A stretch of 40,290 nt of DNA from an uncultured Ruminococcus sp. (GCA_902797235.1 CADBSB010000006.1:1-40290); one strand, 5' to 3'. Counted from the first letter of the stretch, positions 1 through 8,656 are shown. Numbers and translations are program-made. Notes: generated by a model not told the origin, from the letters alone.

Positions 1-190
1 CCACCGTGGCCGGAGGCTTAGACGTGACGTCGTAGACTACGCGGTTGATGGTACGAACCTCGTTTGTGATGCGGCGGGATGCGGCGGTGAGGACGTCGTA
101 CGGGACGCGCGTCCAGTCGGCGGTCATAAAGTCGTCCGTCGTTACCGCGAGGAGCGCGACGGTGTGACCGTACGTTCTCGCATCGCCCAA
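1..190 (-). pseudogene. guaA: 3' fragment of GMP synthase (C-terminal dimerisation domain), runs off the window edge
   Basis: Not in the ORF track. The reverse strand reads [63 protein letters not shown], the GuaA C-terminus. Upstream sequence (>190) is AT-rich and not guaA-like. The conserved ALRAV motif reads ALLAV. Confidence 0.8.
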
Positions 191-336
191 AGCAATTTTG
201 CCGGGAGTTATTTTTTGTATTTTCTTACTTTAAACGGTTGATATGGTTTCGGTATCGGGATGCTGCCGTTATTTTACGCGTTACCGATATTTACGGATTT
301 TTCAGAATCGTTCCGACGTGCGCGGCAGCCGCGGTA

Positions 337-1203
337 TCACGGCTGATAATTCACTATGACCGGCAAAGCTGTTTGTATTACTCCGGAAACATTGTCCTGT
401 TCACAGTAGACATATGCTCCGTTTAATTGTTTCTCTGTATTGATGACGACAATACACTCTTTAACAGCTGTTCCCGTAGGAATAACAGTTAAGGACCCAT
501 TCAGTTCTTCAAAGTTTCTAGCCCAGAATTTCGAATCGTACAACTGCACGCTTCCGTCCTCGATCGTGCCGTAAGCGATAGTCATAGTAGTAATTCTTTC
601 GTTTGGGCTGATATAGTCGATTGCGGAATAACCGCCTTCGTCATTCTTCATAAAGAACCGGGCGTTCGAATTATATACCCTGCTCGCAACTTCACCGACG
701 GGGATGATCGGAAGAGCAGCTACAGATCCGGCGTCTTCAATTCCATCGGGATAGCAGACAATGCTCGCATGATGTTTGAAATCTCCGGTGCACACGTATA
801 CTTTGCAACGCTCCATTGAAGTGTTGCACGGATCCACGCGAACAGAGTCAATCGGGTCATCACTCAGCATATTACGGACTTCAAAAGCGGCGGAAACGAC
901 GACAGGTTCTCCGTTGTCATCGATGTAACCGAAACAGATGTCCATATCTATATCTTCATAATTGTCGATGAATATCGCGGAAACAGGCGTGTATTCGCTT
1001 CCGTTATAATCCTTGCGCATAAAACAGTACCGTCTTTCGTAAGATCCGACGGCCGGCGGTTCAAAGTCCGGTGTATCGGACTGTGTGCCGCTGTCCGTGA
1101 CCTCGGTGTCGGTGGCGGCGGGTTTTTTTACATCGGAGCATGCGGCGATACCGAAAAGCATGATCAATGTAAGCAGAAGCGCGATGATTTTTTTTATTTT
1201 CAT
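337..1203 (-). CDS. Lipoprotein with two tandem ~110-aa repeats, unknown function
   Basis: Signal peptide with lipobox IAAC (Cys22), T/D/S-rich linker, GAGGAG RBS. Residues ~58-168 and ~182-284 align by eye. Confidence 0.8.
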   Translation of the reverse strand: MKIKKIIALLLTLIMLFGIAACSDVKKPAATDTEVTDSGTQSDTPDFEPPAVGSYERRYCFMRKDYNGSEYTPVSAIFIDNYEDIDMDICFGYIDDNGEPVVVSAAFEVRNMLSDDPIDSVRVDPCNTSMERCKVYVCTGDFKHHASIVCYPDGIEDAGSVAALPIIPVGEVASRVYNSNARFFMKNDEGGYSAIDYISPNERITTMTIAYGTIEDGSVQLYDSKFWARNFEELNGSLTVIPTGTAVKECIVVINTEKQLNGAYVYCEQDNVSGVIQTALPVIVNYQP

Positions 1204-1299
1204 TTTCTCCTCTTTATATTATTATCCAATCGGTCCCCCGTATTTTGACGGGGCTTTGAAAGCTGACGGCGCCGGATCAAAAAACCGCCATGCACAAGG

Positions 1300-2280
1300 C
1301 TATTCCCATTCGATCGTGCCGGTAGGCTTGGGTGAGAGGTCGTAGAGGACGCGGTTGACGCCCTTGACCTCGTGGATTATCCTGTCGACTATCCTGCCTA
1401 AAAGCTCATAGGGGATGGGCTCTATCGTCGCTGTCATGGCGTCGCGCGTGTTGACGGCGCGTATGACTACGAACCATTCAAAGCTGCGCAGTCCGTCCTT
1501 TACGCCGACGGAGCGGTAATCGGGAACTATCGTGAAATACTGCCATACCTTGCCGGCAAGTCCCGCCGCGGCGAATTCCTCGCGCAGTATCGCGTCGGAT
1601 TCTCTTACGGCTTCAAGTCTGTCGCGCGTGATGGCGCCGAGGCAGCGGACTCCGAGACCGGGGCCCGGGAACGGCTGGCGGTTGACCATGCTGTCCGGCA
1701 GACCGAGCGCTTTGCCCACAACTCTGACCTCGTCCTTGAAAAGCAGCTTTATGGGCTCAACGAGCTCGAATTTGAGATCGTCCGGCAATCCTCCGACGTT
1801 GTGGTGCGCCTTGACGGGGCCGGATTCGAGTATATCGGGATAAATGGTGCCCTGTGCGAGGAAGTCAATGCCCTCTAATTTTCTCGCTTCCTCCTCGAAT
1901 ACGCGTATGAATTCCGCGCCTATTATCTTTCTCTTTTTCTCCGGCTCGGCAACGCCCGCCAGCTTGTCAAGGAAACGGTCAACGGCGTCGACGTATATCA
2001 GGTTCGCGCCGAGCTCGTCGCGGAACACGCGTACGACCTGCTCCGGCTCGCCCTTGCGCAAAAGTCCGTGATTTACGTGCACGCATACGAGCTGATCGCC
2101 CACCGCTTTTATCAGCAGTGCGGCGACGACGGACGAATCAACGCCGCCGGACAGCGCAAGAAGGACTTTTTTGTCGCCTATCTGCTCGCGCAGAGCCTTG
2201 ATCTGCTTGTCTATAAATTCTATGGCAAGCTCCTCTGTTGTGATCCTTAACATGTTTTCATCGCGTTTATTGGTATCCAT
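1300..2280 (-). CDS. guaA: GMP synthase, ATP-pyrophosphatase plus C-terminal domains only (no glutaminase domain)
   Basis: PP-loop LSGGVDSS, QGTIYPD, HHNVGGLP, PFPGPGL and C-terminal KPTGTIEWE. Start set at ATG 2280 after AAAGGAA. Confidence 0.9.
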   Translation of the reverse strand: MDTNKRDENMLRITTEELAIEFIDKQIKALREQIGDKKVLLALSGGVDSSVVAALLIKAVGDQLVCVHVNHGLLRKGEPEQVVRVFRDELGANLIYVDAVDRFLDKLAGVAEPEKKRKIIGAEFIRVFEEEARKLEGIDFLAQGTIYPDILESGPVKAHHNVGGLPDDLKFELVEPIKLLFKDEVRVVGKALGLPDSMVNRQPFPGPGLGVRCLGAITRDRLEAVRESDAILREEFAAAGLAGKVWQYFTIVPDYRSVGVKDGLRSFEWFVVIRAVNTRDAMTATIEPIPYELLGRIVDRIIHEVKGVNRVLYDLSPKPTGTIEWE

Positions 2281-2471
2281 TTTCGTAATTCCTTTCATGT
2301 TGTTGATTTTATAATATCACAAAACGAAAAGAAATGCAAGAGGAAATACAAAACTATTACGATTTATTTTATATTTATGACCTTGAATTGACATATGAAA
2401 GGTGATAAAATCATCATAAACGTAAACAATGCGTAATATCCTTTAACAGTACCGATACGGAGGCTGTTACA

Positions 2472-3119
2472 ATGGATATAAGGTTGCTTGAAAATCAAAG
2501 GACGACGTCTGAATTGACGGTACAGACGCTCAAAAACATGGCGAGCCGGCAGAAGAGGAGGGAATTCTTTTTCAGATCGCTTTTGCGCGCCGCGTTTCTG
2601 ACGCTCTTGTTCATAGCTTTCGGCTGTTTTCTGTCGATATACAGGCTTGAAAGGGGCGATCCGCTCCCGCTTTATAACGCGCAGAACGGACTGCCGTTTG
2701 AATGGCGTAAGCTTTTGAAAGAGCTGTTTTTCGTTTCGGCTGTGCCGGCGGCCTGCTTTGCCGTCTGCTTCAGCTTTAAAGGCCGATTATGCCGCGTGTG
2801 CGATACCGTCTTCCCGGCGGTATACGGCGCGTACGCCGGCGCGTTCTGTTTTTCAAGGCTGTTTGATCTGTTTGCATCGTTTACCCTGACGCATGCGGCG
2901 GACGTGCTCCCGCATATCGTATTCACCGCCGCGCTCGCCGTGCTGTACACGGTTTTTTCCGCGGTTTGCGCATCATACGGCGAGTACAGGAGAAACGGCG
3001 GGGATGAGCAGACGGATATGAACGGCTGCTTTACGTATTTTATGGTTTGTCTGACCGCGGCCGCGGCGCTGATCGCTCTGCGCGAGCTGTGCGGCGTGCT
3101 GCTTGATATTATCGGATAA
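2472..3119 (+). CDS. Polytopic membrane protein, possibly SpoIIM-like
   Basis: 215 aa with about 5 hydrophobic segments and a GGAGG RBS. Size and topology resemble SpoIIM, but no diagnostic motif was recognised. Confidence 0.55.
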   Translation: MDIRLLENQRTTSELTVQTLKNMASRQKRREFFFRSLLRAAFLTLLFIAFGCFLSIYRLERGDPLPLYNAQNGLPFEWRKLLKELFFVSAVPAACFAVCFSFKGRLCRVCDTVFPAVYGAYAGAFCFSRLFDLFASFTLTHAADVLPHIVFTAALAVLYTVFSAVCASYGEYRRNGGDEQTDMNGCFTYFMVCLTAAAALIALRELCGVLLDIIG

Positions 3120-3130
3120 GGGAATTTGAA

Positions 3131-4102
3131 ATGGAAGAACAAAAGAAAAAGAAGTTCAATCTGTTTGATGCATTCAACTCTCAGCGCGTCGGACGCGGCG
3201 TGGAAAAGGGAGAGATAAAGGACCCGAATTTCAAAAACTTTTTCAAGTATTTCGGCAGGTCTTTCTCAAAGCTTCTGAACATAAACCTCATGTTCACGTT
3301 TTTCTGTATCCCGCTGTTTTTCGCGCTGTTCGCGATAGCCGGATATTTTGACAACAACGTCGCCGACGTGTCGAATCCCATGGCGTCCATGGTCAACGGA
3401 TTTATAATAAACGGAGAGATAAACCCGCTGACGATGTCGCTGTACGGAATGTACGGCATAAAGGACGGCACGGCATCTCAAATCTCCGTCATGTCGATAA
3501 TATTTTACGGTATATCCGCGCTTACGGTACTTACGTTCGGTTATGCGAACGCCGGTATGGCGTACACGCTTCGCAACTTGCAAAAGGGCGAGCCCGTGTT
3601 CGTATGGAGCGACTTTTTCAGGACGGCAAAGAAAAATCCGGTGCAGGCGCTGGTCGTAGGTGTAATAGACTTAGCGATCATAGCGCTTATGTACTACAAT
3701 CTGCAATTCTACTCCGCAAATTCGGCTAACACGGTATTCTATTTCATGTATATAGCGACGATATTCTTCATAGCGATATACGCCGTGATGCGGACTTACA
3801 TCTATCCGATGCTCGTCACGTTCAAGCTCGGCACGTTCAAGCTGTTCAAAAACGCGTTCATCTTCACGTTCGCGGGAATGAAGCGGAATATCCTGGGACT
3901 GCTCGGAATGATCATCGCCGTCGGCATCAACGTGTTCTTGTTCTTCGTTTTCATGCCGCTCGGAGCGATACTGCCGTTCGTCCTTACCGTCGCCGTGTGC
4001 GGATATATAGGGACGTACGCCGCGTATCCGAAGATAAAAGAGGTCATGATAGACCCCTATTACGACGAGTACGGAAACCCGCGCGAGAGCAAAAATACGT
4101 AA
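3131..4102 (+). CDS. DUF624/YesL-family membrane protein
   Basis: Multiple TM segments and the family-typical stretch AGMAYTLRNLQKGEPVFVWSDFFRTAKKN. Confidence 0.75.
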   Translation: MEEQKKKKFNLFDAFNSQRVGRGVEKGEIKDPNFKNFFKYFGRSFSKLLNINLMFTFFCIPLFFALFAIAGYFDNNVADVSNPMASMVNGFIINGEINPLTMSLYGMYGIKDGTASQISVMSIIFYGISALTVLTFGYANAGMAYTLRNLQKGEPVFVWSDFFRTAKKNPVQALVVGVIDLAIIALMYYNLQFYSANSANTVFYFMYIATIFFIAIYAVMRTYIYPMLVTFKLGTFKLFKNAFIFTFAGMKRNILGLLGMIIAVGINVFLFFVFMPLGAILPFVLTVAVCGYIGTYAAYPKIKEVMIDPYYDEYGNPRESKNT

Positions 4103-4139
4103 ATTCCAAAGAAAAAATAATATAAATGCAAAAATACTC

Positions 4140-4168
4140 TTGACAAATCGGTTATTTTGTGGTAGAAT
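4140..4168 (+). promoter_or_regulatory. sigma-A promoter of the tRNA gene
   Basis: TTGACA-17 bp-TAGAAT with extended TG, 16 nt upstream of the tRNA. Confidence 0.8.
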
Positions 4169-4184
4169 ACCGCTTGTCAAGTTC

Positions 4185-4257
4185 GGGGGCGTAGCTCATC
4201 TGGGAGAGCGCAGCGTTCGCAACGCTGAGGTAGAGGGTTCGATCCCCTTCGTCTCCA
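4185..4257 (+). tRNA. tRNA-Ala, anticodon CGC; CCA not encoded
   Basis: Cloverleaf: acceptor GGGGGCG/CGTCTCC with G3:U70, D arm GCTC/GAGC, anticodon arm CAGCG-TTCGCAA-CGCTG, T loop TTCGATC. Confidence 0.96.
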
Positions 4258-4297
4258 TAATGCAAAAGGACACCGCGCAGGTGTCCTTTTGCGTTAT
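4257..4297 (+). terminator. Intrinsic terminator-like hairpin after tRNA
   Basis: GCAAAAGGACACC-gcgca-GGTGTCCTTTTGC inverted repeat. Confidence 0.75.
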
Positions 4298-4309
4298 GCT
4301 CGCTTTATG

Positions 4310-4443
4310 GAAGGGGATCGAAGCAGCGTTAAGAAAACGCTCCGGGGGAGCGTTTTTAGCGGTGACCGAAGATTTTTGCAAGGCACGAGAAAACAAGTCT
4401 GTACAAATTGCCTTGCAAAAATCAAGAAGATCCCCTTCGTCTC
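4310..4443. repeat. Palindromic MITE-like element with ends matching the tRNA T-arm/3' end
   Basis: 4310-4322 is the reverse complement of tRNA 4238-4250. 4429-4443 is a direct copy of tRNA 4241-4255. Internal inverted repeats at 4334-4356 and 4371-4385/4409-4423. Confidence 0.65.
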
Positions 4444-4453
4444 GTTCACGCGG

Positions 4454-4481
4454 CGGGTCGTCGAGGACGCCGACCCCTATA
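4454..4481. repeat. REP-like palindrome (degenerate GTAG type)
   Basis: CGGGTCGTCGAGGACGCCGACCCCTATA: a GC-rich hairpin followed by CCCTAT (CTAC-like tail). Confidence 0.45.
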
Positions 4482-4526
4482 GAACGCGGAAGCTGATATA
4501 CGTCGTTTTACGGCCGTCCGGAGGTG

Positions 4527-4961
4527 TCAGAATTCAGCTGACAGATATTCGGTTATGATATTTCCCTCGATCTCATACAGATCATCAAGCCGGATTACCG
4601 TACCGTCCGTCATATATATCATTTTTTCGTAATTATCATATTTTCTGATCGTTTTATCAGCTGTAACGTACCGACCCCCGGATTTCTTTTCGTCCTGTAA
4701 AAAATACGTTACGGATATAACGGGGTCCTCGTCAAGGTGATCGAGGACTGTTCTGAGTTTGTTTGACAACCGGAGCTTTGCGTCGTCGTCAAGCTCCGTT
4801 TTTTCGTCCGTCGCCCTCGCCGTTTCGGATACGATATCCTCATATCCCGTAAGCGCGGCAAAAGGAGAGAACTGCGAGGCGTAGCTGTCGACTCCGAGCG
4901 GCGGATGCTTTTTTGATACGTGATGCGAAAGATTTATTATTTTATCGTATTTATCCGTCAT
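4527..4961 (-). CDS. YolD-like protein
   Basis: Y..IINL.HHVSKKHP and SQFSPFAALTGY motifs; lies directly downstream of a Y-family polymerase. Confidence 0.8.
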   Translation of the reverse strand: MTDKYDKIINLSHHVSKKHPPLGVDSYASQFSPFAALTGYEDIVSETARATDEKTELDDDAKLRLSNKLRTVLDHLDEDPVISVTYFLQDEKKSGGRYVTADKTIRKYDNYEKMIYMTDGTVIRLDDLYEIEGNIITEYLSAEF

Positions 4962-4981
4962 TTATGTTCCTCCGAGAGGGA

Positions 4982-6490
4982 TCATTCCCCGGATTTATGC
5001 CCGCCGACCTGTTTGTTTCTTTCTATCGTGGTCGCGCCCTCCTGTAAGTTCATGCCTTTCAGGATCGCGTTTTTGCCGAATTTCTTTTTTAATTCTATCG
5101 CCGTTATCTGTACCTTGCGCTCTTTTTCGCGCGCCGCTTTTTCCTCGGCCTGCTTGCGCTCTATTTCTTCAACGTCGTCAAAAAACGTTAATTGCAGCTG
5201 CCCGGGCTGCTTCTTCGCCTCTTTTTCGTCTGTAACGTGATTTGCCACGACGTACATCCTTCGGACGGTCAGATTTTTATCTATTATGCGGTCGTACAGT
5301 TCCGTTACCTTTTCCATTATCAACTTCGTGGAGGAGGTGAATCTGCCTAAGTTTATCGAGCCGTGCGCCTGCTTCGGCACCTTACGCCCGTATCTGTCGA
5401 CCTCAACAGTCCCGTGAAAATCGTTGTCCGCGAGGTTTTCGGTGTCGTAGCCGACCGTCAGCACCATCTGATCCGTCACAAGCCTTTTTTCAACGAGGTC
5501 GAGAACGAGCAAGTCCGTCATCTCCTGCGCAATAAGCCGCCCTTTTTCAAAGTCGTACGGCTGTGATAATACCTGCCCCGAACTTAAACTGTTGTTTTCG
5601 GGCTTGTAAGATTTTACGTCCGCTATCGTCGTCGGCTCCCAGCCCCACGCGTGATTTATGAGCAGCTCGGCGTTCACTCCGAATTCCCGATACAGCTTCT
5701 CCTCGCTGTCAACGGAGCATAAAGCTATATCGCCGAGCGTATATATGCCCATATTTTCAAGCCGCTTTGCGATGCCCGCGCCTATGCGCCATATATCGGT
5801 AAGCGGCCTGTGATCCCATAACTGACGGCGGAAGCTCATCACGTCAAGCTCGGCTATTCTCACGCCGTCTTTGTCCGCTTTCATATGCTTCGCCGTTACG
5901 TCCATCGCGACCTTTGCCAAAAACATATTTGTGCCGATTCCCGCCGTCGCCGTAATGCCCGTCTGTTTTAAAACGTCCTTTATCAGACGCATCGTAAAGT
6001 CGTGCGCCGTTATTTTATCTCTTTTCAGATACGGCGTCGCGTCGATGAACACCTCGTCAACGGAATAGGCGAATATATCGTCGGGCGAGACGTGGTTCAA
6101 GTATATCGAATATATCTGCCCGCTGACCTTCATATACTCCGCCATGCGAGGCGGAGCTTTTATAAAGTCGATTTCAAGCGAGGGATCAGCGTTCAGAGCG
6201 ATATAATCGTCCGATTTGCCGGAAAACGGTCTTCCGCGCAGGGCTCGCCGGCGCTCTTTGTTCACCTCGTTCACCCTCTGTACGGCTTCAAACAATCTTG
6301 CTCTGCCGGATATGCCGTATGATTTGAGCGAAGGCGAAACGGCGAGACAGATCGTCTTTTCCGTGCGGCTCTCGTCCGCGACGACGAGATTTGTCGTCAA
6401 AGGATTGCGCCCGCGCGCGACGCATTCGACCGACGCGTAAAACGACTTCAGATCGATCGCAACGTATATTCTGTTCCCGTCGTCAATCAT
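4982..6490 (-). CDS. Y-family (UmuC/ImpB/UvrX-like) translesion DNA polymerase
   Basis: IDLKSFYASVEC and YSVDEVFID catalytic motifs, GIGTNMFLAKVAMD, and QLTFF clamp-binding-like motif. Start set at ATG 6490 after AGGCGGTGA. Confidence 0.9.
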   Translation of the reverse strand: MIDDGNRIYVAIDLKSFYASVECVARGRNPLTTNLVVADESRTEKTICLAVSPSLKSYGISGRARLFEAVQRVNEVNKERRRALRGRPFSGKSDDYIALNADPSLEIDFIKAPPRMAEYMKVSGQIYSIYLNHVSPDDIFAYSVDEVFIDATPYLKRDKITAHDFTMRLIKDVLKQTGITATAGIGTNMFLAKVAMDVTAKHMKADKDGVRIAELDVMSFRRQLWDHRPLTDIWRIGAGIAKRLENMGIYTLGDIALCSVDSEEKLYREFGVNAELLINHAWGWEPTTIADVKSYKPENNSLSSGQVLSQPYDFEKGRLIAQEMTDLLVLDLVEKRLVTDQMVLTVGYDTENLADNDFHGTVEVDRYGRKVPKQAHGSINLGRFTSSTKLIMEKVTELYDRIIDKNLTVRRMYVVANHVTDEKEAKKQPGQLQLTFFDDVEEIERKQAEEKAAREKERKVQITAIELKKKFGKNAILKGMNLQEGATTIERNKQVGGHKSGE

Positions 6491-6539
6491 ACGCTCACCG
6501 CCTGTCTGCAAAAAACACTTTCTTACATAATTCAAATTT

Positions 6540-6568
6540 ACTATATCATAAAAAAACTGAAAAATCAA
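6540..6568 (-). promoter_or_regulatory. Probable sigma-A promoter for polymerase-yolD operon
   Basis: TTGATT-17 bp-TATAGT with extended TG on the minus strand. Confidence 0.5.
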
Positions 6569-6717
6569 GTTATTTTGCTTAATCTTACAGGTGATTTTAT
6601 ATATATGATAGCAGGCGCTTACAATAAATATCAAAGGATCATTCTAAAATAACGTTGTTTGCGGCGCGCCCGAAAATCAAATTTCTGTTAAAATAACGTA
6701 TTATTTCATTTTTTCAT

Positions 6718-6747
6718 ACATATTTTTTCCTTATCCCGCTCATACTG
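6718..6747 (+). promoter_or_regulatory. Possible forespore (sigma-G-type) promoter of spoVT
   Basis: ACATA-18 bp-CATACTG, close to the B. subtilis sigma-G consensus. spoVT is sigma-G controlled in B. subtilis. Confidence 0.45.
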
Positions 6748-6772
6748 ATATAAACGCAAAAAGGAGAAAAAT

Positions 6773-7303
6773 ATGAAAGCAACGGGAATAGTAAGAAAAA
6801 TAGATGAACTCGGAAGGATAGTCATCCCGAAGGAAATAAGAAGGACTATGAGGATCCGTGAGGGTGACCCGCTGGAAATATTCACGGAGAAGGACGGGGA
6901 GGTGATATTCAAGAAGTATTCGCCCGTCGGGGAGATCGGGAATATCGCGGGGGACTGCGCGGAATCACTTCATAAGGCGGCGGACGTGCCGGTCATCGTA
7001 TGCGACAAGGACACGGTCGTGGCGTCGTCCGGCGTGCCGAAACGCGAGTATAACGACAGACCGATAACCGCGGAGCTTGAAAAGCTCTGCGACAGGCGTT
7101 CGGGCTACACTCACAGCGGAAACAAGCTTTATCCCGTGGACGGGTGCAGCAAATTCGTATCCTGCGCCGCGCCGATAGTCTGCGACGGCGACGTGATAGG
7201 CGTTGTCGCGTCCTTGTCCGACGAGGAGAAGAAAACGGAGCAGAGCGGCGATATGCGCCTGCTTAACACCGCGGCGAATTTCATCGCCTCGCAAATCAAC
7301 TGA
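6773..7303 (+). CDS. spoVT: Stage V sporulation protein T (AbrB-like plus GAF domain)
   Basis: MKATGIVRKIDELGRIVIPKEIRRTMRIREGDPLEIF...KKYSP with a C-terminal GAF-like region; 176 aa. Confidence 0.93.
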   Translation: MKATGIVRKIDELGRIVIPKEIRRTMRIREGDPLEIFTEKDGEVIFKKYSPVGEIGNIAGDCAESLHKAADVPVIVCDKDTVVASSGVPKREYNDRPITAELEKLCDRRSGYTHSGNKLYPVDGCSKFVSCAAPIVCDGDVIGVVASLSDEEKKTEQSGDMRLLNTAANFIASQIN

Positions 7304-7429
7304 AATCGCGGCTGCCTTAACCGGCGGCCCTTTTTGATAAAAAAACGCAAAAACACGGAATTTACATAATATTTACAAAAAAAGCGCAACTTTCCGGGGG
7401 CGTTTTTGCTCCTTAATATATAGAGTAAG

Positions 7430-7458
7430 TTGACAGAAAAGCGCATTTATGATAATAT
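7430..7458 (+). promoter_or_regulatory. sigma-A promoter
   Basis: TTGACA-17 bp-TAATAT with extended TG. Confidence 0.65.
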
Positions 7459-7477
7459 TATTAAAGCGGAGGTTAGT

Positions 7478-8593
7478 ATGAAAAGGTTTTTGTGTTTATT
7501 ATTATGCGTTCTCTGTATACCGTTTTGTTCGTGCGCGTTTAAAAAAGACGTTCCGCTTTTGGCGTATGAGAGCGGGGTTATGATACGTAAAGACGATGAG
7601 GAAGACTTCACGTTTGAATACGCTTATTACGAATACAACGGAAGTGAAATAAAGCGGCTGTCGGACGTCGGCGGCGCGGGCTCGCTTTTGTTATACTGCA
7701 AATTAAATGATAAAAGCTATGACGATGAAATTGATTACATATCCGCCGTGCTCGGAAAATCCGCCGCGGCGAAAGAGACCGCCTGTGCTTCCGGCACTAA
7801 ATCCGACGGCTTCGGTTTTGCGTACGACGGTGAGCCTTACGTTATAATGTATGACGGTACAAACAAAACAAACGTTATATGTTATAACGGTGTTTGCAGA
7901 GAGTTTAAGGACGACGCGTTTATAACATATATAAAAGACGTGGTCGGTCAAGCTTATCGCACCTTATTCGACTGTAACAATAAAGATAATTACTACGAAG
8001 ACAACCGGCACGACGATTATGATTTGCATTTTTATTATAATCTGCATTTTTACGACATACATGAATCAAACTTTTACATATCGTACGATAATCAGAGCGA
8101 GGACAAAAGAGTCAAAACAAAGGATGAGATTGCGTATACAGCGAGGAGTAAACTTGACGGAGTATTTGACAGCGTGAGGTTGTATAAAGATGAAGACGCG
8201 GGAATGTGGTTAGTGCATCTTTCACCTTCTCAGCCTGTTCTTGACTACGGATGTGACGTTTATATCGATATTTACGGCAATATAAAAGGCGCGGATTTTA
8301 CGTGGTGTCCGGGTCTTGCCGACGGTTATCCCGAGCTTGATTTCATATCACAAAGACTGCTTGTACAGTACGGCGCGTATTACGTAAAATCGTACGTCGT
8401 CGGAATAGTCAATAACGTATATTTCAGAGTGAAGTCTTCCGCCGAATACGGGGACGGAACGTATAAAACGATAGTGTCGACGGTAAGCGACGGAAAAATA
8501 CTGTCGTCAAAGCTATATGATACCGACGACGCGGGGAATGATTACGACGCGTTGTTTTATGAGGTTGAGAGGGAAGCGGGGATAAAGAATTAA
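7478..8593 (+). CDS. Hypothetical Tyr/Asp-rich lipoprotein
   Basis: GGAGG RBS and signal MKRFLCLLLCVLCIPFCSC; more AT-rich than its neighbours. Confidence 0.75.
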   Translation: MKRFLCLLLCVLCIPFCSCAFKKDVPLLAYESGVMIRKDDEEDFTFEYAYYEYNGSEIKRLSDVGGAGSLLLYCKLNDKSYDDEIDYISAVLGKSAAAKETACASGTKSDGFGFAYDGEPYVIMYDGTNKTNVICYNGVCREFKDDAFITYIKDVVGQAYRTLFDCNNKDNYYEDNRHDDYDLHFYYNLHFYDIHESNFYISYDNQSEDKRVKTKDEIAYTARSKLDGVFDSVRLYKDEDAGMWLVHLSPSQPVLDYGCDVYIDIYGNIKGADFTWCPGLADGYPELDFISQRLLVQYGAYYVKSYVVGIVNNVYFRVKSSAEYGDGTYKTIVSTVSDGKILSSKLYDTDDAGNDYDALFYEVEREAGIKN

Positions 8594-8656
8594 GAATTCA
8601 GAATTAAGAGGTGCGGCGTAATTTTACCGCAGGTAAATATAACTCTGTGCGAGAAG

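Noticed and set aside
4140-4558. ORFs 4140-4496, 4196-4396 and 4289-4558
   Set aside because: They overlap the tRNA, terminator and palindromic repeats, and are probably spurious.
4185-6490. Prophage or ICE integrated at tRNA-Ala
   Set aside because: No integrase or mobility genes. The only tRNA-end duplication I found is ~190 bp away and does not enclose the polymerase cassette.
4982-6634. 550-aa start for the polymerase, and other extended ORF starts (spoIIIAA, murC, tmcAL, potA)
   Set aside because: The extensions run through AT-rich promoter or leader DNA, and better RBS-linked starts lie downstream.
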